A stretch of 64,000 nt of DNA from Candidatus Heimdallarchaeum aukensis (GCA_021513695.1 CP084166.1:1440001-1504000); one strand, 5' to 3'; counted from the first letter of the stretch, positions 9,755-19,238 are shown. Translations and numbers: made by a program. The notes: generated from the letters alone by a model not told the origin.

Positions 9755-10231
9755 ATGAAAAGGCAGTTTAGATTTCCGGAAGCTCTCCTCTATCAATCGA
9801 CCTATGTTTGGATAAAAGATATAGGAAGAGGTGTTTACGCAATAGGGATTACAGATTATGCACAATATTTGTTAGATGACATTGTCACAATTTCATTACC
9901 TGTTGATGACTATGTAGAACAAGGTGATGAACTAATTTCCATTGAATCTATTTACGAAACAATTGAAATTGAAAGTCCGTTCACAGGTAAGATTGTAGAA
10001 ATAAATGACGATGTAAAAGATAATCCTGAGCTCTTAAATGAAGACGCCTTTGGTTCATGGATCTTAAAAATTGAAATTAGCGATGAAGAAGAATTAGATG
10101 ATTTATATACAGCTGATGAAGTTTTTGATCTATTTCAAGAAGAACTGGAAGAACAAGGGGATGAAGAATTAACAAAAGAATTTGGTGCCTTTGTACAATT
10201 TAACGACGACAATGAAGATGGATGGGTCTAA
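9755..10231 (+). CDS. Glycine-cleavage H-protein-like protein lacking the lipoyl-lysine, with an acidic C-terminal extension
   Basis: Aligns to GcvH throughout ('YAIGITDYAQYLLDDIV', 'ISIESIYETIEIESPFTGKIVEIN', 'PELLNEDAFGSWILKIEI'). The position of the lipoylated Lys (ESVKAAS in E. coli) is Tyr here (ESIYETI). About 45 extra C-terminal residues are rich in D/E. Confidence 0.65.
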   Translation: MKRQFRFPEALLYQSTYVWIKDIGRGVYAIGITDYAQYLLDDIVTISLPVDDYVEQGDELISIESIYETIEIESPFTGKIVEINDDVKDNPELLNEDAFGSWILKIEISDEEELDDLYTADEVFDLFQEELEEQGDEELTKEFGAFVQFNDDNEDGWV

Positions 10232-10412
10232 TTTACTTCTTTTAAAAAAAGAAACCAAAGATTTTTATATTAAACTTTTTGTTGAGTTGTAGATAATAAT
10301 AGAGGACTTGATGCCTTGGAATTTCGATAGCACTATTATGGAAATCTGAATTAATTGTAAATTCTAGTAGAACAATTTTAAAAGTCCTTAACTATTTTGG
10401 AGTGTTAGGAGT

Positions 10413-11900
10413 ATGAACAACGATAAGGAATCTATTTTTTTACCACCAGAAGCTATTTTGATTTACAAAATAATTAGCGAAAAAAAGGAACTAGAAATCA
10501 ATGAACTTGAGAACATTTCAAAACTTTCTAGAGGAAAAATTGAATACAACCTTCCTTTTTTGCAAAAACACGATCTATTGGACAGAAAAGAGAGAATAAA
10601 CAAATACTGTTCTTTAACAAAGGAAGGAGAAGAAGCAGAGAAAAATCAATTGATTGAAAGAAGAATATACAACTTAATTAAAGAGAAAAAGAAAGTATCC
10701 TTTGCTCAACTTGGAGATTTTATTAAAGCAGACAAAAAAGAATTGAATGCAGGAGTAGGTTTACTACGAAAACTTGATGCCATCACAATTGAAAAAGGAG
10801 AAATAAGTATAAAACTGCCAGAAAAAGATATTAACCTTGAATTACAACAATATCTCACTAAAATAAAAAAAGAGAAAGTGAGTTATTCAGATAAAATTTC
10901 TCCCCTTGTTAAAAGAGGATTAGTTAATGTAATTGAGGAGAAACAATCATTTTTGATTATAAAAGTTCCTTATTCAAAAATAAAGTCCAGAATTAAAGAA
11001 TTAATTGAAGTAGGAAGATTGTCTTCAAATATGTTAAGAGATGGAAGTTGGAGAAAAACTCAATTGAAGGCATATAACCTAAAAGGGCAACCCCCCACTT
11101 ATTTTGTTGGGAGAAAACAACCTTATGCAAGATTCATTGATACTGTTAAACAGAAACTTGTTGCTTTGGGTTTTCAGGAGATGAGAGGGCCTATAGTAGA
11201 ACTAGAATTCTGGAATTTCGATGCCTTATTCCAAGCTCAAGATCACCCAGCTAGGGAGTGGTCAGATGTTTATAGAGTTTCAAACCCTAAACACGGTAAG
11301 CTTCCTAAAGAAGAATATGTTACTAATGTTCAGCAAGCTCATGAAAATGGGTATAATACAGGAAGTAAAGGTTGGAGATACAAATGGGACCCTAAAAAAA
11401 GCTCAAGACTGGTTTTACGAGCACAAGGCACTTCTGTCAGCGCTCGAACTCTAGTAGGTTTGAAAATTCCCTCAAAATACTTTAGCATTTCTCGATGTTA
11501 CAGACCAGATACTGTTGATGCTACTCATCTTTCTGAATTTAACCAAGTTGAAGGTATTGTAGTTGATCCTTCTATAACTTTCAGAGATCTTTTAGGAATA
11601 CTAGAAACGTTTGCCCTAGATGTTGCTGGAGCAGAAGAATGTACATTTAAGCCCGATTATTACCCCTTTACTGAACCTTCTGTTGAACTTAGCGTTGTTG
11701 ATCCAAATCTTGGAAGAATAGAATTTGGAGGAGCAGGCATCTTTCGTCCAGAGGTAACCAAACCATTTGGTATAGATGCACCAGTAATAGCTTGGGGTTT
11801 AGGAATTGATAGACTGTTCATGGTTAAGTACGGAATAACAGACATCAGAGAGCTATTTAGTCACAAAATGGAGTGGTTACGTTCCACAAAAATGGTATAG
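10413..11900 (+). CDS. pheS: Phenylalanine--tRNA ligase alpha subunit (archaeal type)
   Basis: 495 aa, with a long N-terminal wHTH region and a class II core ('FRPEVTKPFGIDAPVIAWGLGIDRL', motif 3). Immediately followed by, and overlapping the start of, the beta subunit. Confidence 0.9.
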   Translation: MNNDKESIFLPPEAILIYKIISEKKELEINELENISKLSRGKIEYNLPFLQKHDLLDRKERINKYCSLTKEGEEAEKNQLIERRIYNLIKEKKKVSFAQLGDFIKADKKELNAGVGLLRKLDAITIEKGEISIKLPEKDINLELQQYLTKIKKEKVSYSDKISPLVKRGLVNVIEEKQSFLIIKVPYSKIKSRIKELIEVGRLSSNMLRDGSWRKTQLKAYNLKGQPPTYFVGRKQPYARFIDTVKQKLVALGFQEMRGPIVELEFWNFDALFQAQDHPAREWSDVYRVSNPKHGKLPKEEYVTNVQQAHENGYNTGSKGWRYKWDPKKSSRLVLRAQGTSVSARTLVGLKIPSKYFSISRCYRPDTVDATHLSEFNQVEGIVVDPSITFRDLLGILETFALDVAGAEECTFKPDYYPFTEPSVELSVVDPNLGRIEFGGAGIFRPEVTKPFGIDAPVIAWGLGIDRLFMVKYGITDIRELFSHKMEWLRSTKMV

Positions 11901-13604
11901 GTGAAAAAGATGGTCACTATAAAAGCAAGTTATACTAAAATGTTAGAAACTCTTGGGAAGAATCTTCCAATAGAAGAATTGGATAGACTACTTTCTTTTG
12001 CCAAATCTGAAATAGACGAATATGTAGAAGAAGAAGATATGCTAGTAATAGATGTAAAAACAAGTAACCGTCCAGATTTATGGATTCCTGAAGGGATGAT
12101 AAGAGAGATAAAAGGCATATGGGGAGAAGAAAAAGGTATTCCAAAGTTAGAACTAAAAGAAAGCGATTATAAAGTTATTGTAGATCCAAAACTATCTAAA
12201 TCCAGACCCTTTATTGCTTGTGCTATTGCAAAAAATGTCACATTAACAGATTATAATATCAAACAACTAATGCAATTATCAGAAAAAATTGATCATTCCT
12301 ATGGAAGGAGAAGAAAAAGATCTTCTATTGGAATGTACAACTTATCCATGATAAAAAGCCCTATTGAATATAAAGTAATTGACAAAAATCACAAATTCAT
12401 TCCTCTTGGTTATACAGAACCACAATATCTAGAAACAATTTTAGAAACTCATGAAAAAGGAAAGGAATTTGGCTACATTGTCAAAGGTTATGGCCATTAT
12501 CCTATTCTTTTATCAGCAGATGGATTAACACTCTCTATGCCTCCAATCATCAACAGCAATGATGTAGGTAGAGTTACAGAAGAGACAACTGATATGTTAA
12601 TTGAAGTAACAGGAACTCACCTTGGTACAGTACATGTCGTCTTAAACATTCTATGCCAAACATTAGGAGATTTAGGAGCAGAATTATATAATGTAACAAT
12701 AGAATACCCAAAAGAGATATTGGATAAAACTATAGTTACACCTACAATAGAATATGAAGAAATTAAAATTAACCTCAAAGAGGTAAACAAATATCTGGGA
12801 ACTAAACTAAAACCGAAAAAGGTGGAGGAGGTATTAAACAAAAGAAGATTTGATGTCAAGAAAATAGAAAAAGACATGATGACAGTACTTATTCCTCCTT
12901 ATAGAACAGACATTTTACATTGGGTTGATATTGCTGAAGAAATCGCAATTGGCTTAGATTACAACAAAATGGGACCTACAAAATGGAAAGTCCTTACAAC
13001 AGGTGGGCTTTTACCTGAAACAGAAAGTGAAAACATTGTAAGAGATATACTTGTTGGAACTGGAGCAATAGAAGTAATAACAAACACCTTAACTGACCCT
13101 GAGATTCTAACAGCAAATGTTAACATTGAAGAAGACAATTTTGTAAAGATTTCAAATCCAGTAAGCAAAAACTATAGTGTTATTCGAAATATGATTTTCC
13201 CAAATTTAATAAATGTACTTTCTAAAAACACTCATGAAACATATCCCCAAATAATCTTCGAAGTAGGAGAAATTGTAAAGTTAGAAGAAGGAAGAACTTG
13301 GACACAAACAAACGCAGCTTATATGCTAGCGGACACAGAAACAAGCTTTGAAGATGCCCACAAGGTCCTAGATCAAATGATGAAATTACTAGAAACTGAT
13401 TATAACCTCATAGAGACTGAACATCCATCGTTTATTAGGGGCAGATGCGCAGAAATACAAGTTAATGGCAAAACTTGCGGGATCATTGGAGAGGTTAATC
13501 CAGAGGTTTTAGAAAAAAACCAGATATGGATGCCTACAGTAGGTTTTGAAATAGAATTACCATTAATTCCCTCTTTAGAATGTAAAAAGAAGTATACTTA
13601 TTGA
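11901..13604 (+). CDS. pheT: Phenylalanine--tRNA ligase beta subunit (archaeal type)
   Basis: 567 aa, with B3/B4 and B5 domain hallmarks of archaeal PheT. GTG start at 11901 abutting the pheS stop; an ATG at 11910 is also possible. Confidence 0.85.
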   Translation: MKKMVTIKASYTKMLETLGKNLPIEELDRLLSFAKSEIDEYVEEEDMLVIDVKTSNRPDLWIPEGMIREIKGIWGEEKGIPKLELKESDYKVIVDPKLSKSRPFIACAIAKNVTLTDYNIKQLMQLSEKIDHSYGRRRKRSSIGMYNLSMIKSPIEYKVIDKNHKFIPLGYTEPQYLETILETHEKGKEFGYIVKGYGHYPILLSADGLTLSMPPIINSNDVGRVTEETTDMLIEVTGTHLGTVHVVLNILCQTLGDLGAELYNVTIEYPKEILDKTIVTPTIEYEEIKINLKEVNKYLGTKLKPKKVEEVLNKRRFDVKKIEKDMMTVLIPPYRTDILHWVDIAEEIAIGLDYNKMGPTKWKVLTTGGLLPETESENIVRDILVGTGAIEVITNTLTDPEILTANVNIEEDNFVKISNPVSKNYSVIRNMIFPNLINVLSKNTHETYPQIIFEVGEIVKLEEGRTWTQTNAAYMLADTETSFEDAHKVLDQMMKLLETDYNLIETEHPSFIRGRCAEIQVNGKTCGIIGEVNPEVLEKNQIWMPTVGFEIELPLIPSLECKKKYTY

Positions 13605-14534
13605 TCATTTCTCTTCTTTCTTTTTGTTTTCATTTTTTATAATTAACAAAATACGTTCCCATATAGAGTCTAGCAATGAGTGAATAACTCTTTGTTGATC
13701 TTGTGTTTCAATAATAGAGATTCGATGTCTATTTGCTTCTTCAACTAGATATCTCTGAATAGTTCGTATTTCCTCAAAAGCATTAATATATCGTTCTGCG
13801 TTTCTTTCTACAACTTTTAACCCCCTCCTCTTGAAACGTTCAAGATGCTCATGCTCATCTTTTAAGTGGAGAAGAAAAAGCATTACATGAGGTTGGGTTA
13901 TTGTTTCTGTTTTAAACAAGTTAGGAGATAAATGGACACCTTCAATAATTGTATTTTCTCTAGAATACATAGCCGATTCAATGATAGCCTCAACACCCAC
14001 AATGACTAATCTACTTTGTTCTTCAAACCCAACAATACTTCTATCTAAAATTGGGTTTATTTCAGGTTTTAAGTACTTATAAGCTTCATATGAGCTCCCA
14101 TATAACTCTGGGACTAGTTTTTTTGAAATACTTTGCCTTAATATCTCTCTTACCATATCAGTTCCAATAATATTTGTTATTTCTAGCCTTCGGGAGAGCA
14201 ATGAGGCAATTGTGCTTTTTCCTATTCCAGGCACTCCAGCTAATAAGATAATAATTGGTTTATATACTCCCTTTTGCTCAAAAGCAATGTATCTCTTAGC
14301 ATATAAAGGATTAAATTTTTCGAGATTATCAATAATTATCTGAGAAAAAGCTTCTTGAGAGAGTGTTTTGTCTGTTTTTCCTACTTGTAATTCGATTTGG
14401 GTTGCTAGTTCATAAGCATTAATTTCATCTAAGCCTATAGCATAAAAAGTACGAGAAAGAATACCCTTAGAAAAAATAGTTTTTCTTCCTGATTTTGTCC
14501 TAAATTTAATAAAGTTAGATGAAGGTTTACTCAT
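13605..14534 (-). CDS. 2-phosphoglycerate kinase family P-loop kinase (paralog 1)
   Basis: 'ILLAGVPGIGKSTIASLL...IIGTDMVREILR' matches the P-loop and downstream motif of archaeal 2-PGK (Methanothermus fervidus type). Confidence 0.7.
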   Translation of the reverse strand: MSKPSSNFIKFRTKSGRKTIFSKGILSRTFYAIGLDEINAYELATQIELQVGKTDKTLSQEAFSQIIIDNLEKFNPLYAKRYIAFEQKGVYKPIIILLAGVPGIGKSTIASLLSRRLEITNIIGTDMVREILRQSISKKLVPELYGSSYEAYKYLKPEINPILDRSIVGFEEQSRLVIVGVEAIIESAMYSRENTIIEGVHLSPNLFKTETITQPHVMLFLLHLKDEHEHLERFKRRGLKVVERNAERYINAFEEIRTIQRYLVEEANRHRISIIETQDQQRVIHSLLDSIWERILLIIKNENKKKEEK

Positions 14535-14548
14535 TGATAATCTTAGGT

Positions 14549-14566
14549 TTTAAAAGTATAAAAATC
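14549..14566 (-). promoter_or_regulatory. TATA-box-like element about 24 nt upstream of the 13605..14534 start codon (leaderless-type spacing)
   Basis: Minus-strand TTTTTATACTTTTA centred ~24 nt upstream of the ATG at 14534. Confidence 0.3.
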
Positions 14567-14644
14567 TGATGAGAGTTAAATCATTTTATAAAAAATTCCT
14601 AATTTGATAGAAAAACAAAGTAAGTTAGTTAAAACATCAAAACT

Positions 14645-14659
14645 TTATTATATAAAAAA
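14645..14659 (+). promoter_or_regulatory. TATA-box-like element about 26 nt upstream of the 14678 ATG (leaderless-type spacing)
   Basis: TTTATTATATAAAAA at 14645-14659, with the ATG at 14678. The divergent arrangement shares a 143-bp AT-rich intergenic region. Confidence 0.3.
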
Positions 14660-14677
14660 TTTCAATTTTTTTTTAAT

Positions 14678-15568
14678 ATGAACTTTGAATCCCCAATATA
14701 CGTGAAGAGAGAGCAAGCAAGTTATTTATTTAGCAGAGGGATTCTGGCTACAAGACTAGAGGTTATAGGTCTTGAGTTTCAACAAGCTTATGAATTATCT
14801 AACAAGATATATCTAAAAATCAAAAAATTATCTGAAAATACAATATCCAAGAATAAATTAGATGAATTTGTTTATGATTCAATTAAAGAAAAATATTCTG
14901 AAAAACTAGCTGAAGAATACTTAACAATCGAAAAATTAAGAGATACAAATATACCTTTGTGGATTGTTATTGCAGGAGCTATTGGAGTGGGAAAAAGTAC
15001 ATTATCAAGGAAAATCGCTTCAGACTTTGGGATTAGGCATGTAATTGGAACAGACATAGTAAGAGATATTTTAAGAAAAACACTATCTAAAGATATTGCT
15101 CCACAGCTGCATTCTCCTTCATATTTAGCTTATAAAACATTAAGACCAATTTATAGTACACGTTACGATGAAGTGATTATTGGTTATGAAAATCATTCAA
15201 AATATGTTAATATTGGAATCGAAGCTCTGTTAAATAGAGCTGCAATGGAAAACATTTCAATAATTATTGAAGGAGAACATTTACTGCCTTCTTTTTTTGA
15301 CAAAGAAACAATAAAAATTTCAAATTTAATCTACATCACTATCTCTTTAGAAAATGAAAAGATGCATTTAGAAAATTTAAGTTCACAGTATTCTAGAGAA
15401 AAAGAAGAGCTAATTAAAAACTTTAAAAATATTCGGAAAATTCATGATTTCCTTGTCCACGAAACAAAAATCAGAAAGTTACCTGTTATCGAAGCTAAAG
15501 ATAAAGATGTGGTACTTGCAAATGTGAGAAAATATATTATTGAAAAAGCTAAAAAGATAGTTTTCTGA
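14678..15568 (+). CDS. 2-phosphoglycerate kinase family P-loop kinase (paralog 2)
   Basis: 'IVIAGAIGVGKSTLSRKIA...VIGTDIVRDILR' parallels paralog 1 along the whole length. Divergently transcribed from it. Confidence 0.7.
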   Translation: MNFESPIYVKREQASYLFSRGILATRLEVIGLEFQQAYELSNKIYLKIKKLSENTISKNKLDEFVYDSIKEKYSEKLAEEYLTIEKLRDTNIPLWIVIAGAIGVGKSTLSRKIASDFGIRHVIGTDIVRDILRKTLSKDIAPQLHSPSYLAYKTLRPIYSTRYDEVIIGYENHSKYVNIGIEALLNRAAMENISIIIEGEHLLPSFFDKETIKISNLIYITISLENEKMHLENLSSQYSREKEELIKNFKNIRKIHDFLVHETKIRKLPVIEAKDKDVVLANVRKYIIEKAKKIVF

Positions 15569-15613
15569 CTTAAATGACATATAGTTAAAACACTAAAATT
15601 GAATATCTGAGTA

Positions 15614-16468
15614 GTGAAACAAATGCTAACAGAACAAGTTTGTTTAGAATGTATAAAGAAAACTGCTGATAGAGCAATTGATAGGCTAAAAAAAAATGAA
15701 ATTCGAAAGGAAAACATCCTAAACAGTATTAACCTATTTTTAGACAAAGTTGATAAAAAATATTCTCCAATTGAAATAAACTTTGAAGTCTTCAATTTAA
15801 TAAGCTCGCTTTCAGAAATATATGACCCCTTGAAAGAATTAAAAGAACAAGCAAATCTTAATGCGAATCAAGTTTTACCGTATATAAAAGAAGAAGAGAA
15901 GAAGTCAGAAGATATTTTATTTTCTCTTATTAAAGCTTCAGTCGCAGGAAATATTATAGATTTCTCTATTGATAAAGAAGTAAATTTACTAAGCACCCTA
16001 AAAAAAGTACTAAACAGTAGTTTCGCAATAAACGATTATGATCTATTCCTTGAAAAGTTGCAAATAACAAAAAAGGTTCAACTTTTGACAGATAACGCGG
16101 GTGAAATTATTTTTGATTTAGAATTATTATCTTTTCTGCAAAAAAGATTTAACAAAAAGATAGTGATAATAACAAAACGCTTTCCTTTCTCCAATGACAT
16201 TACACTAAAAGAAGTTAAGAGGTTAATTAAGAAAGTAGAATTAAAGGGAAAAATAATTAGCATTAATAATAAAAAGTATCGAAGTTACAAGAAAAAAATA
16301 AAGAAGAAATTAGACAGCAAGGCAGTAGTTATAAGTAAGGGACAAGGTAACTATGAACTTTTATCAGATGAAAAATTGAATATCTTTTTCCTTCTAATGG
16401 TTAAATGCCCAGTTATTGCCAAAAAAATTGTCTGTAATGTTGGAGATGTTGTCTTTTTTCAAAAATAA
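15614..16468 (+). CDS. DUF89/ARMT1-like metal-dependent phosphatase (damage-control phosphatase family)
   Basis: 'LLTDNAGEIIFDLELL' (DN.GE..FD motif) and C-terminal 'VISKGQGNYELL' (KGxGNyE), both conserved signatures of the DUF89 family. Confidence 0.6.
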   Translation: MKQMLTEQVCLECIKKTADRAIDRLKKNEIRKENILNSINLFLDKVDKKYSPIEINFEVFNLISSLSEIYDPLKELKEQANLNANQVLPYIKEEEKKSEDILFSLIKASVAGNIIDFSIDKEVNLLSTLKKVLNSSFAINDYDLFLEKLQITKKVQLLTDNAGEIIFDLELLSFLQKRFNKKIVIITKRFPFSNDITLKEVKRLIKKVELKGKIISINNKKYRSYKKKIKKKLDSKAVVISKGQGNYELLSDEKLNIFFLLMVKCPVIAKKIVCNVGDVVFFQK

Positions 16469-16525
16469 TCTCATAGCGCCAAACTATTAAAAAATAATAT
16501 AAATAAGCTAATTTTAATCGAAACA

Positions 16526-17458
16526 ATGGGATATCTATTTATTGTAAACCCTCACTCAAGAAATGATGAAGTCAAAAAGAGATGGCCAATAATAGAAGAT
16601 GAAATTAAAAAAAGAAACTTGGATTATCAAGTAGAATTTACAAAAGGAAGAAGACACGCAACTGAAATAACAAAGGAGCACATAAATGATTTTGACGTTT
16701 TTGTTTCTTGTGGAGGAGATGGAACAGTTAATGAGGTTGTGAATGGTCTAGCTGAAACAAATAAAGTTCTTGGAATGTTACCTTTAGGAAATGGAAATGA
16801 TTACGCTAACTTACTTCACGTTAGGGGTTCATATGTTCAGACCCTTAATATTCTTGAAGAGAACAAAATAGCAGAGTTAAGCCTGGGGGTAGCCACAGCA
16901 GATACAAAACACTATTTTGTTAATATAGCTGAAACAGGAATTACATCAATTATTGCTAAAGCATCATATACAGAATTAAAATGGATAAAAGGATTACCTA
17001 AATATTATATTCTCGGATTGAAGAAAATTTCTAGCTACAAATCTGTCCCAGCTTATATAAAAGTTGACGATTATGAAAGAAAAACTAAACTGATTCTTTG
17101 TGCTGTAGGTCTTGGTTACCGTTTTGGGGGAGGATTTAATGTTTTACCTGGAAATCAACCATATTTTGGTGATTTTCAAGTTTGTATTGCCGGAGATGTT
17201 CCTAAAATAAAATGGTATTGGATGATCAACAAAATAAAAAATGGAACACATGGAAATATTAAAGGTGTAGATATTATAAGAGGTAAGAAAATTGAAATAG
17301 AAACTGAAACACCATTACCTATAGAAGGAGAAGGAGAGGTGTTCAGTGAAAATTCAACCACAGCAAAATTTGAGTTATCACAATCAAAGTTAAAAATCAT
17401 TGTTGGAAAAGAATTCTTAAAAAATAAAATTGAATTCGAAACAAGAAATAAAAAATAA
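16526..17458 (+). CDS. DAGK_cat-family lipid kinase (YegS/diacylglycerol-kinase catalytic domain)
   Basis: 'LFIVNPHSR...FVSCGGDGTVNEVVNGL' matches the GGDGT ATP-binding motif of the DAGK_cat / NAD-kinase-like fold. Confidence 0.7.
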   Translation: MGYLFIVNPHSRNDEVKKRWPIIEDEIKKRNLDYQVEFTKGRRHATEITKEHINDFDVFVSCGGDGTVNEVVNGLAETNKVLGMLPLGNGNDYANLLHVRGSYVQTLNILEENKIAELSLGVATADTKHYFVNIAETGITSIIAKASYTELKWIKGLPKYYILGLKKISSYKSVPAYIKVDDYERKTKLILCAVGLGYRFGGGFNVLPGNQPYFGDFQVCIAGDVPKIKWYWMINKIKNGTHGNIKGVDIIRGKKIEIETETPLPIEGEGEVFSENSTTAKFELSQSKLKIIVGKEFLKNKIEFETRNKK

Positions 17459-17545
17459 AAATATTCAACGATTTTGATTTTTAACAAAGTTTATTTTTCT
17501 AAAATCCCTTAATATTATCAACAACGATACTCTGAGGAAAATTTA

Positions 17546-17998
17546 ATGCACAAGGGGTTTATAACTAAAGAATTAACCAATGATGAAATAAGTCACAAAA
17601 AAATATTCATTAAAGTAGAAGACAGAATTTTGTTTCCTCATGGTATTTTTTTTATTGACTACCTAGACAATTCCTTTGGAGTTTATTTATCCAATAGAGG
17701 ATTTTTAGAAGGATTAGAATCATGGTTTGAAGAATTTCCTTCTTTAAAGAAGGGAGACATTGTTATTATCGCTAAACATAGCTCGGGCTTTTCTTTGAAC
17801 ACAACCTCACCAGTTGTTCAGTCTCAGATTTCTTTGATAATGGAAATGCAAAGAGTACAAATGTTGACTGAAGAGGATATTCTATGTCCAAACTGTTACT
17901 ACTCCTTAGAAAAAGAAAAACTCCCTGAAGATTCTCCTCACTTATTAAAATTAAAATGTGGGCGTTGTGGATTTATTCTTATAAAAACCAAAATTTAA
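17546..17998 (+). CDS. B3-like (DNA-binding pseudobarrel-like) domain protein with C-terminal C4 zinc ribbon, tandem paralog A
   Basis: 150 aa. 'MHKGFITKELTNDEISHKKIFI...RILFP...GFLEGLESWF...GDIVIIAK' (B3/EcoRII-N-like pattern F.K.LT...WF...GD.v.i), then 'CPNCYYSLEKE...CGRCGF'. Confidence 0.45.
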   Translation: MHKGFITKELTNDEISHKKIFIKVEDRILFPHGIFFIDYLDNSFGVYLSNRGFLEGLESWFEEFPSLKKGDIVIIAKHSSGFSLNTTSPVVQSQISLIMEMQRVQMLTEEDILCPNCYYSLEKEKLPEDSPHLLKLKCGRCGFILIKTKI

Positions 17999-18062
17999 CT
18001 TTTAAAAGAAATTTTAGTAGAAAATTATTTAATCAACATCATATTATTGGATATGTTAAACA

Positions 18063-18530
18063 ATGCATGTTGGATTTATCATCCGAGAATTAACCGAGGA
18101 AGAGATTAACCATAAGTGCTTATATGTTTTTGAAAAAGACAGAATACTTTTTCCTAATACAGGAGTTTTATTTTTTGTTGAATCCTATGAAGAGACATAT
18201 GGAGTAAGAATAGATCAAGATGGATTTCTTAGAGGATTAGAAACATGGTTTACAAAATATCCTCATAATCCTGGCGATACGATAATCATCGCAAAAACTT
18301 CTGAAAGTTTTTCTTTAAGTAGTTCTTCTGAGCTCATTCAACAAATTATTGGAGAATCATATGAAAAAGTTCGTGTTGATGAAATGGATGAGAAATCAGA
18401 AGCATGTCCAAATTGTCAATATCAACTAGAAATGGCAGCTAAAAAAGAAGAACGAATCATTTTCAAGTGTGCACGTTGTGGATTTACAATGGTTAGAAAA
18501 ATAAAAGATAATGAAAATGAAGAAGATTAA
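18063..18530 (+). CDS. B3-like domain protein with C-terminal C4 zinc ribbon, tandem paralog B
   Basis: 155 aa. 'MHVGFIIRELTEEEINHK...RILFP...GFLRGLETWF...GDTIIIAK...CPNCQYQLE...CARCGF'. Collinear with paralog A at roughly 45% identity. Confidence 0.45.
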   Translation: MHVGFIIRELTEEEINHKCLYVFEKDRILFPNTGVLFFVESYEETYGVRIDQDGFLRGLETWFTKYPHNPGDTIIIAKTSESFSLSSSSELIQQIIGESYEKVRVDEMDEKSEACPNCQYQLEMAAKKEERIIFKCARCGFTMVRKIKDNENEED

Positions 18531-18540
18531 GTTTTTTATT

Positions 18541-18819
18541 TTAGGTGTAAAAAAACAGTGCACTCCCGATAACTCCTAAAATAAGAATTAAGAAAACTGA
18601 AGTAATAAAGACATTCTTTGCTTTTTCTATTTTCAAGCATCTAGAACATAATAAAAGTTTAACATTTTGCGGCTTTTGAGGAGAAAACATTGCTGAAATA
18701 GCATTTGTTTTCCAATATTCATTAGTGCATGAAGTGCAAATAGGCTTATAACATCTATTACATCTTGTCTCGGCATTGACCTCAGTGTGAATATAACATT
18801 TTTCTTCCATCATTATCAA
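18541..18819 (-). CDS. Small zinc-ribbon membrane protein (92 aa)
   Basis: 'CNRCYKPICTSC' and 'CSRC' form a CxxC...CxxC ribbon, followed by the C-terminal TM segment 'VFITSVFLILILGVIGSALFFY'. Confidence 0.45.
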   Translation of the reverse strand: MIMMEEKCYIHTEVNAETRCNRCYKPICTSCTNEYWKTNAISAMFSPQKPQNVKLLLCSRCLKIEKAKNVFITSVFLILILGVIGSALFFYT

Positions 18820-18999
18820 CCAAGTTATTAAAGCCTCAGAAAAAGTCGTTTCATCATTGTTCAGTTCGTTGCAACTTCATCATAGGCATGTGAATTTTTT
18901 CCATAGTTTTAAAACCGTTTCTCTTCTACTCATTTTAAACACTAAATGAAATTGGATCTGTGAATACAGTCTATGAAACTACATAACAAAAACAAGTTT

Positions 19000-19074
19000 T
19001 GGAGCCCCGGAGGGGAATTGAACCCCTGACCTGCGGATTACGAATCCGACGCTTTACCACTTAGCCACCGAGGC
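19000..19074 (-). tRNA. tRNA-Thr (anticodon CGU), CCA encoded
   Basis: Reverse complement reads GCCTCGG TG GCTA...TCGGA-TTCGTAA-TCCGC...AGGGG-TTCAATT-CCCCT-CCGGGGC-T-CCA. The 7-bp acceptor includes one G-U pair, the T-loop is TTCAATT, and the anticodon loop has U33, CGT and A37. Confidence 0.75.
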
Positions 19075-19238
19075 TACGTATTCTTTTCTGAAGGTTTCTT
19101 TGTTTTTGTTCTCTTTTTAATTCTAAAAATTTTTTCATTTATGATACTGTAGGAAAAAACGAGACGATTTATAAGGACTGTAATTTTTTTCATATCATCA
19201 AAGTATTACAACCTCATTTATTTAGACCCATATTATTC

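Noticed and set aside
11221-13168. Antisense or embedded ORFs within pheS/pheT (11221..11454, 11660..11845, 11930..12144, 12617..12877, 12959..13168)
   Set aside because: Fully contained in highly conserved aaRS genes on the other strand or frame. No motifs; hydrophobic or low-complexity translations.
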